A stretch of 63,207 bases of DNA, filler included, from Lenisia limosa (Eukaryota; Protista; Breviatea), in the NCBI GenBank assembly GCA_001655205.1. It is 14 parts of 14 records of this genome, joined end to end, with 100 filler letters (N's around TTAATTAATTAA, not from the genome) between each part and the next. Parts side by side here need not be neighbours in the genome. Positions count along the whole stretch, not along the records: positions 54,171 to 57,801 come from LPNZ01008915.1; positions 57,902 to 59,993 come from LPNZ01002393.1; positions 60,094 to 61,909 come from LPNZ01001763.1; positions 62,010 to 63,207 come from LPNZ01002448.1; 10 more parts are not named here. One strand, given 5' to 3'. The notes below the pieces were generated by a model. That model was not told the DNA's origin, ran no database searches, and worked only from the letters and a program-made list of their open reading frames with translations. Numbering within the stretch: the stretch's first letter is position 1; the number at the start of each line of letters is the position of its first letter. Of this stretch, positions 55,392 to 63,207 are shown in pieces. Both the position numbers and the translations under genes were made by a program.

Positions 55392-56696
55392 ATGGTGAAA
55401 TACGATCGTGCTATTACCGTATTCAGTCCAGATGGTTGGTTTCTACATTTTTATACTTTAATACAATTATAGGACATCTTTTCCAGGTTGAGTATGCTTT
55501 AGAAGCTGTTAAAAAAGGAACCACAGCGGTTGGTTTCATCTGCAGCCAGTAGAAACATTTCTAATGCTCTAGGTTGGAGTTAGAGGCGAAGACATTATCG
55601 TATTAGCAGTTGAGAAGAAAGCAATTGCGAAGCTTCAAGACCCCCGTACTGTCTGCTTCAACGTTATTTTGATTTTTGTGAATGATTTGTGTGGACACCA
55701 TTGAAAATCTTGACATTCTAAGGTTCAAAAAATTTGCCAAGTTGATGATCATATCTGCCTCACTTTTGCGGGTCTTTCGGCTGACGCTCGTGTGCTGATT
55801 GATAAAGCAAGGTATGTTGGTATTTTTTTTTTTTTGTGCTTTATTTCGGACACTTAATAATTACTGTCAGATTTGAATGCCAAAACTATGCACTTCAAAG
55901 GAATGAACCAGTTCGTGTAGATTACCTTGCGAAGCATGTCGCTGGTGTTCAGCAAGTAGGCAAACTGTCATAAAATCAAGTATCACTTTATTGATATAAC
56001 AGCAGTAGTTCTAGCATCTATTTATGATTTGTTTCTTCACACTTTAGCGTTTCACCCAAAGAGGTGGTGTGAGACCTTTTGGGCTTGCAACTCTAATATC
56101 AGGCTTTGACGCAAATAAAAAACCACAACTTTGGGCTACTGATCCTTCTGGAAATTTTGTTGAATGGAAAGTAAGAGGTTTTTTCAAAGATGATGTGTAT
56201 TAGATATTTATTCCTTACTTTTTTTTTAGGCAAATGCAATTGGTAGAAACTCAAAAGATGTCCGTGAATACCTTGAGAAAAACTACCCCACTGCAGATGG
56301 AACCAAGCCTAATTCCAAATGTAAGCCTACAATGCATCTCCTTTTTCATTCCATCTCCAGTTTCCTCGAAACAATATATTGAGCTTGCTGTGAAGGCTCT
56401 TCTTGAAGTTGTTGAGAGTGGTGCAAAGACCCTGGAAATTGTGACGATGAAACACGGAGAATCTCCAAAACACTTCTCTGAAGAAGAAATTGAGTAAGCG
56501 TTCTTTTCAGGAGTAGACCCTTATCTAAATTCATTTTTGATCGTCCGACTATTATATTCTCAGTTTTGTTTTCATATCCAGAAGTATGACGTGACTTTTC
56601 AGGGCAGTTTTGAAGGTGATTGAAACTGAGCGCGATGAGGCTGAAAAAGAAAAGAAAGACCGCCAGGCCAGAATTAGAGCACAACTTCAAGAATAA
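55392..56696 (+). CDS. PSMA7: 20S proteasome subunit alpha 4 (PSMA7/Pre6), 9 exons
   Basis: [12 protein letters not shown]|[68 protein letters not shown]; ATG 55392, TAA 56694-56696. Confidence 0.95.
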
Positions 56697-56817
56697 ATTC
56701 TGTGTGTTCTGACAATCAACACGACTATCCGTCATGGAATCTTATTGTTTACCAAGCAATCTGCATGAATTATGTTACCCCTGTCATTGGTGTGGAATAT
56801 TTGTATCTAAAAAAAAG

Positions 56818-57631
56818 TTAGCTATACTTCCTGAGTCCAAACAAGCGGACATTGTCCATACAGGGAATCTGAAATGGTAAATACCGAAAGTTAGCTACTA
56901 CTACCAACCTTTGGAATTACAACTACCATGGTGGTAGCAAAGTTGAGAATCATTAAATACCAGTCATAATCATTGATGATGGTGGAGGAAAGGCAACTGG
57001 AAAATAATTGAAACGAGCAATGATGAAAGCTCACAGGAAAACAGGGATGGCAGTCATGATTCTTTTAGGCTTCGTAAAGGCTGCCCCGTTATCAAGCTAA
57101 AAATGAGCGTTGTACTTGAGATAAAGAAAAACACAATCCTTGATCCACTCTAACTGTTCATACCTGTTCCCAGACCGTTTTGTCGTAATAGCGCCCCTGG
57201 GCCACCTCAAAGGGAGTGCCCTGCATCCAGTGGAGAAGGAAGAAAGAAACCTTAACAGAAATCATTTAAGTGATCACCAAATACACCATCCAACATATCA
57301 TATCATCTATTTCACAAAAATATATAAAAATCCCTGAGAAGCCAAGCTCACGACATTGTGAAGAACATTTGTTACCGTCCAGCCGATTTCAATTGTAATT
57401 GTTGGAAGGAAGATAGAGAAGATAGTCACTACATAACGAAGTCCTGAAGGAAATTACGTAAATAATACTCATAATTTCATGAATAATTGCTGAAAACTTG
57501 TACACCTTACCAAGGATCAAGAGAATGTAGAAAGGAATAAAAAATCTGCTTCTGAGCCAGTTATTGTTCTCAGAAGCAGTCTCAAACTCATTAAATGAGT
57601 CTACTCTTCTGTGGCTGACACCTCTGGTCAT
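56818..57631 (-). CDS. ORMDL: ORMDL/Orm family sphingolipid-synthesis regulator, 6 exons
   Basis: NNNWLRSRFFIPFYIL, GWTVTNVLHN, LLHWMQGTPFEVAQG...VWEQ|LDNG, IPK|IPCMDNVRLFG. Confidence 0.92.
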
Positions 57632-57901
57632 TGTTACTTAACTAGAAATAATTTTGCCTGATCTTTCTTCCAAAATCAAACTTCAAATTCTACTATTCCT
57701 CAACTTCAACTTTTTTAAAAAATAAATCAAATAAAAATTGAGACCAAACCCCCAAATTTAATATTTGTTTCTCATGGGGAGCGCGTGGCTATCCCCCCCT
57801 CNNNNNNNNNNNNNNNNNNNNNNNNNNNNNNNNNNNNNNNNNNNNTTAATTAATTAANNNNNNNNNNNNNNNNNNNNNNNNNNNNNNNNNNNNNNNNNNN
57901 N

Positions 57902-58037
57902 ATGCGGTGCAGAAGCGACTGGCCTGGGTTTTGTTTGTTTTGTTGTTTTCAACCCTCGTGTGTTATCAGCCAACAGAGTTAATTGTGGACTTTTTTTGTT
58001 TCATAAATTTTCCAATTTTACTCCCCCCATTCCGCAG
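57902..58037 (+). repeat. Family E repeat, near full length, ending at the acceptor
   Basis: ATGCGGTGCAGAAGCGACTGGCCTGGG...TTTCATAAATTTTCCAATTTTACTCCCCCCATTCCGCAG|. Confidence 0.85.
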
Positions 58038-59240
58038 ATTGCTCCCGCTGCCTCAATAGTATCCCTACCCTGGCGTCTGATGCGCTGTCCCGAACCGGCT
58101 CGACCCGAGAACATTGCATCCGGGTGGGGGGTGTCATATAGACTTTATAGTAGTATCCGAAGATTTGTTCTTCAAGGCGCTAATTCTATAGTCTCCCCGA
58201 CATTTTAGCTCTTAATTTGGATGACGACCCCCTCAATACACCGTTGCCCCAGTCGCCCCCTGACAATGAAATGTGTTGGTTGTGTTTTCCTGTTCTTTTT
58301 TTTTATCCCTTTTTTCTATGTTGGGCTCACATGACACAGCACCGTTGCAGCCCCAAGGGCCCGTAATCTCCATTGACGCTGGCTCCCCAGCCACAAAACC
58401 CTTTGGGGGTGGGCATCTTGGTACATTTACATTATCCTTCAATGCAGTTAAACGTGTTACTCATTTCAGTAGATATTTCGCAAGAAAACTTGCAAAACCG
58501 CTCGGCGAGAATGGTGGAAGGCTCTGCAGAGCTCCAGATTGCCTTCCAGGCTGTCACAGCAGGGTTGGGGGGTGGGGTGACGTATATGATATGTTTTAAA
58601 AGTAAGATTTCTCATTATGGAGAACACATTTAATGTTTATTGGTAAGGAAGGATTACTCATTGTGTAGAACACATTTAAGGCCTTTGCCTAATATGGAAA
58701 CTACCATAACGGTACCATTATCAACTCTTCTTCCAACTCGAGCCAACCTGCCTTCAAACCTGGTTTGGGGAACTCCTTTTGCATATCTTTTCTTCTGAGC
58801 TAAAATGGTAAACATATTTGATGGACTATTTTTTTTTTGCATTTTTCGCGACAAACTATGTGTTTTGATGGAATTGTTAGAGTTTTATTACGGATTAACA
58901 CTGACCAATCAGACTATTGAACATTCCCCATTATGCGAGTGTGGTAAAGATACTGAGCTGATTTTCCATATTACCGCGTCCTTGCCCCATTCCGAAGAAC
59001 AGTGGGCTAAACAACCTTGATAAAGGCACCCAGCATATATCATATGGGCTGTATTCAATCAAATGGCAATTTCAACATTTCAGACCCGCAACGGCGCTTT
59101 CTTATGCTATTCGGTCTCCAGGGCAGCAATGGCTTCTTTCAGGCAGGACAAGAGGTAAGGATGTCCTTTATTATGTCTGCTATTATTTCCTTAGAGACAA
59201 ATGCTTACCATATTAGGCAAGTTGACGAGTACCTGTGGGT
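58038..59240 (+). CDS. Putative multi-exon gene, unassigned
   Basis: GT/AG-bounded open segments (e.g. LNLDDDPLNTPLPQSPPDNE; DISQENLQNRSARMVEGSAELQIAFQAV). Confidence 0.35.
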
Positions 59241-59450
59241 ATGTAGACGCAAAAATAGCGATAACGGCTGTACCTATGCTTCCGGGTCTTCTTGAGTCAC
59301 CAACAGTGCATCTGATTGACAGTGGGGGGGGGTCTTTCTTCTTCACAATTACTTGATTTTCGGCGTTTTTTTTTAATAATGCCGTATGTACGAAAATATC
59401 TCTATCAGAATCAAGAAAGAAACGATATTGAGGTACAGGGAAAATGTAAC

Positions 59451-59860
59451 TAGCAGGTGTTTTTGTACCCATTTTATTAGCAGGTGTTTTTGTACCTGTA
59501 TTTTTCACTGGGCGCAAATTGGTTTCAATTTATTAAAAAAAAAAAGAGGATACATATCTCTTTGAGAATCAAGAATTTGAATAATATTGATTTAGCTCTT
59601 TCATTTCATATTTGATGAAGACATGAAAAATCCTTGATCTGAGTCAACAAAAAATGAACTAAAGTTGGTCAAAAAGTGTACAAAGTACAAAAACACCTGC
59701 TATTGAGGCCGTCAACAAATACAAATTCTTAAAACATGGGGGAAGTGGGGTCAAAAACACCTGCTGAATACACAATTAAAATGGTCAAGAATTCAAAAAG
59801 TCACCGAGCAAATTTGACCCAAATACAAAAACACCTGCTGGGGTACAAAAACACCTGCTA
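59451..59860. mobile_element. Foldback-like element with inverted arrays of a 19-bp motif
   Basis: TAGCAGGTGTTTTTGTACC x2 at the left (59451, 59478); reverse complement x4 at the right (59685, 59749, 59824, 59842). Confidence 0.6.
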
Positions 59861-60115
59861 ATTCGGAACAAAATCACATGCTATCTGTCTTTGGGTACAT
59901 CTGTTTGTCCGCTTTTTCTTTATTCCTTTGCATCCATTAGAGCCCAAGCATCGTAATCCTGACCCCCCCCCCACCCCCACCCAGAACACGGACNNNNNNN
60001 NNNNNNNNNNNNNNNNNNNNNNNNNNNNNNNNNNNNNTTAATTAATTAANNNNNNNNNNNNNNNNNNNNNNNNNNNNNNNNNNNNNNNNNNNNACCTATA
60101 TGATATAGTCATACA

Positions 60116-60181
60116 CAGTGACCAGGATGAGTCTTGACCTATTTTCCTGGAAATCACATAGCAAATCGGTCGAGGCTTATC
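60116..60181. mobile_element. Tc1/mariner-type MITE (family C)
   Basis: CAGTGACCAGGATGAGTCTTGACC...GCAAATCGGTCGAGGCTTATC. Confidence 0.7.
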
Positions 60182-62207
60182 ATGCTTGGAAATTTCTATG
60201 AACTTCAGTGTTCGCAGACTTGTAATCTCAACATGTTCGAGCTATTTTGGACGAGGTGGGGTAGGAGGGGTGGAAAAACTCTGGGTTTTTTTAGCTCAGT
60301 TCAAGGCAGCAGCCAGAATAATAAACAACTGGTTATTGACAATTTTGATCCCAGCAGAAGAGAAACCAGAGCGAATTGTAGAAGGATCAGTTGACTCATA
60401 GTATGCCTTCAAAGAAGCTTTTATCACACAACATCGAATCGCCAACCTCAAAATTGAAGTCGCCATCGAAAGCAGTGAAGCAGCATTGTTGCGGTCAGCG
60501 AACTTCATGACAAGTGCCTAGAGTGATTAGCAATTGTATCTGGTTAAAAGAGTCGTTTATGCTTTATTCAGCAAAGAACAGAAGAAAATAAGAAAGAAGG
60601 CATACCTTTTAGGAAGAAAGCTTGACAAAAGTGATCTAAAACTCCTTGAAAAGCGTGAAACAGATCAAAGCTTGGGTTGAAAGCGACATCTAAGGGAATT
60701 AGTGAAAGTAACACGCATGCTTCAAAAAAAGGTGACACAAATCAAGAACCAAACACACCTGGGAAGAATTCACCAAGTAAGATTGCTTTGTAAACGACCA
60801 AAGAGCGTTCGAAAAAGTAATATTGTCGAGAGTTTGAAAAGAGGAACTCAAAAAGAAAAGCTGCTGCTTAACTAGTTGAATAAATGGGTGACCAGGTTCA
60901 GTTCACTTTTATCTAATTTCGTAACAATAAAATTGACTTTTTTTAGTGATTCATGCTTATTGCCTTCAAATTGAGAATAATTTGCAGAAAACACTAGTTA
61001 CCAACACTTGATATTAATCTAGAGGGGAAACAGGATGGAAACGCGGAAAGATGATTCACAAGATCATGGGAGGGAATATCGAACGTAGACATCATGTTGG
61101 AAGTCCCCCTTTGCCACCCTTTCCAGAAAAGTTACTGGTGACAAATAGCGATTTTTGCTGTAATGACAGGTAAATGACAAAAGTCCTTGGGAAAATGATG
61201 CCTCTCAAAAATCCCATTGATATATGATCGCCCATGTACACACGGGACCGCCCTTGGGATGAGTCTCGACTTTTTGTTGGGATCATCCTCGGGATTCCCT
61301 TGGAAGAGCCTCAACAAAAAGTCTCGACCCATCCCTCCTCTAGTCTCTCTCCGTCACCTTTCTAGTGTAAGGGCTTCCATTTGCATGACGATTTTTGACC
61401 AATATGAAAAATCCACTCTAAAAAAAGACGTTTCCAATCATTCCCCTTGGGTATATGATTGCTCATATCTACTCGTCGCAACCCTCGTGGATGGTCGTGA
61501 ATTTTTTTCATTGATTATTTGCGGATGTTCCTCGGAACTCACTCGGTAAAAGCCTCGAGCGTCCCTCTGAACATCATTAAATAATCAATGAAAAAAATTC
61601 ACTCCGCCAGATGGCAAAAAATATGTATCATATACTCTCGGGGAAATGAGAGTCATATTTTTCGTTTTGGTCATTTTTTTCGCGAAAAATCATATTTTGT
61701 TGCTCTGAACGAACTTTTTGATGTATAAAACATCATTTACGGGATAAAGGGGATAAAGGGGGTCAGAAGGGTGGGAGATATGGGGTGACACGTCATCAGA
61801 ATATCATATATTATGTATATGATGAAAAAATATGACATTTAGCATACTTTTTTACCCGCGGGAGTATAAATTGTGAGATTTATCATATTTATTTACCCGC
61901 AGGAATATGNNNNNNNNNNNNNNNNNNNNNNNNNNNNNNNNNNNNNNNNNNNNTTAATTAATTAANNNNNNNNNNNNNNNNNNNNNNNNNNNNNNNNNNN
62001 NNNNNNNNNATCTCACGGCGAACATGTTCATAAGACGCTCAACCTCCTTGAAATGTGCTACAGCAGTGCAAGGTATGGGATGGGGGTAGGAGTGATCGGT
62101 ATGGGAATGGGGGAGGGGGGCTTGAAATATGATGGGTTTTTTTGGGCATCAGAATATACTTAATTCCTATTGTAATACACGTACATGTACATTTTGTCAT
62201 TCTGCCA

Positions 62208-62866
62208 GAAAGCACGAGCAGGCTACGGTTGCCTGCATCTGCGCTGATATTTGCGCGGACATCAGTTTGAACTCTGGAAGGCGCGAGCTTTCAATTGTCT
62301 ATATTCAACAGGTATTATGGGGAGGCATTCTGAAAGCTGTGCACATAGAGTGTTACGGCAAATGATTGGGTGAATTACTATTATACTATCCAAATACATC
62401 GGACGTGTGATGATGTGGACGGCTTCGGTCAGAAACAACCTTGTTATTTCTCACTCCCAATATATTGGAACTTTTATAGCATGTATCACTGTTCAGGCTC
62501 AGACGTGTGCAATTAACCTCGGCCTTCCGCTCCGCAGTGAATTCCTCCAAGGTACATATTATATTATTTTATCATTGTTATGATTTTTTTATTTTTTTTA
62601 TTGTCATCTCTACATTTATCATTAATAGCACAATTAATATGATAGGATATGGGTAATACTGTAAAAATTTCGTTTGTTGAATTAATTGTGGCCTGGGGTT
62701 TGTTTTGTTGTTATCAACCCTGTGTGTTGTCAGCCATCAGAGTTGATTTGGATTTTTTTATTTCATAAAATTTCCAATTTTACTCCCTCCCCCCAGGTAT
62801 TCTACAGGGACTTGGGGTCGAAAACGTCTCAGTCACAGCGTCGCCCTCGCAGTTCAGACATAGTGG
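62208..62866 (+). CDS. Multi-exon gene fragment, unassigned
   Basis: Three phase-compatible exons: KHEQATVACICADICADISLNSGRRELSIVYIQQ | AQTCAINLGLPLRSEFLQ | GILQGLGVENVSVTASPSQFRHS. Confidence 0.5.
62318..62455 (+). repeat. Family D repeat filling most of a 185-nt intron
   Basis: Starts ~6 nt after the donor at 62312; GGCAAATGATTGGGTGAATT...GTGGACGGCTTCGGTCAGAAACAACCTTG. Confidence 0.85.
62687..62796 (+). repeat. Family E repeat forming the intron 3' end
   Basis: GTGGCCTGGGG...TTTCATAAAATTTCCAATTTTACTCCCTCCCCCCAG| followed by an in-phase exon. Confidence 0.88.
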
Positions 62867-62920
62867 TAGGGGGGGTGTAATTGGATTATGTGTAATATTG
62901 AGTATGTGTGCGGGGGAGGG

Positions 62921-63019
62921 GGTGCTTCCCTTTTGCCTCCAAAAGGGACGTAAAATATCGATATTTATCGAGGGTTTATCGAAAATTCAGTCTTTTTTGG
63001 ATCCGAAAGTGAAGCTCTA
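62921..63019. mobile_element. hAT-type MITE (family A), mixed TIR subtypes
   Basis: Left GCTTCCC, right GAAAGTGAAGCTCTA; family core present. Confidence 0.7.
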
Positions 63020-63207
63020 GAGGGGTATATACATTTATTATATATTATATCATATCATAATATCATATATTATATTATTTCATATAATATCTCAATGAGA
63101 ATAAAAACCAAGATTGTATCTCGCCGAAGCCGTCCACACCATCACACTGATAAGATATCAAGATATCATATAGAGGATTTTGTGTATGTGTGGGGGGGGG
63201 GGCAGAC

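Noticed and set aside
60399-60680. Stop-codon reassignment suggested by in-frame TAG/TGA
   Set aside because: No in-frame stop was found in any conserved gene read here (kinases, myosin, BEACH, PSMA7, ORMDL, histones); TAA and TAG end genes normally.
61440-61909. AT-rich, TE-relic-like stretches (also ~2800-3320 and ~48300-48850)
   Set aside because: No termini, TSD, second copy or ORF could be defined in this window.

Overview
Draft nuclear genome of an intron-dense unicellular eukaryote. It is probably flagellated (ASH/Hydin-type domain) and has a class-I myosin; the lineage cannot be fixed from sequence alone. The window is not one locus: 13 artificial N44-TTAATTAATTAA-N44 linkers join 14 separate contigs, so gene order across linkers is meaningless. 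The genetic code is standard and introns are GT-AG. Recognisable genes: SF1 (MOV10/UPF1-like) helicase fragment, PIG-O, a LIMK/TESK-like TKL kinase, an ankyrin-repeat/MARK-type kinase (ANK-kinase-UBA-KA1), an ASH-domain protein, a BEACH protein, myosin I, a divergent H3/H4 pair, proteasome alpha4 (PSMA7) and ORMDL, plus several unassignable multi-exon genes. The most notable signals are non-coding. At least four short repeat families sit almost entirely in introns: a hAT-type MITE with 8-bp TSDs, a Tc1/mariner-type MITE, and two TIR-less hairpin families that are nearly always sense to the host gene, one of which repeatedly forms the 3' splice-site end of its intron. Introns tend to start with G-runs and end with C-runs. 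The H3-H4 spacer is dyad-symmetric, centred on a double E2F-like palindrome, and H4 carries a histone 3' stem-loop. All exon models were read by eye, so boundaries of unassigned genes are approximate.
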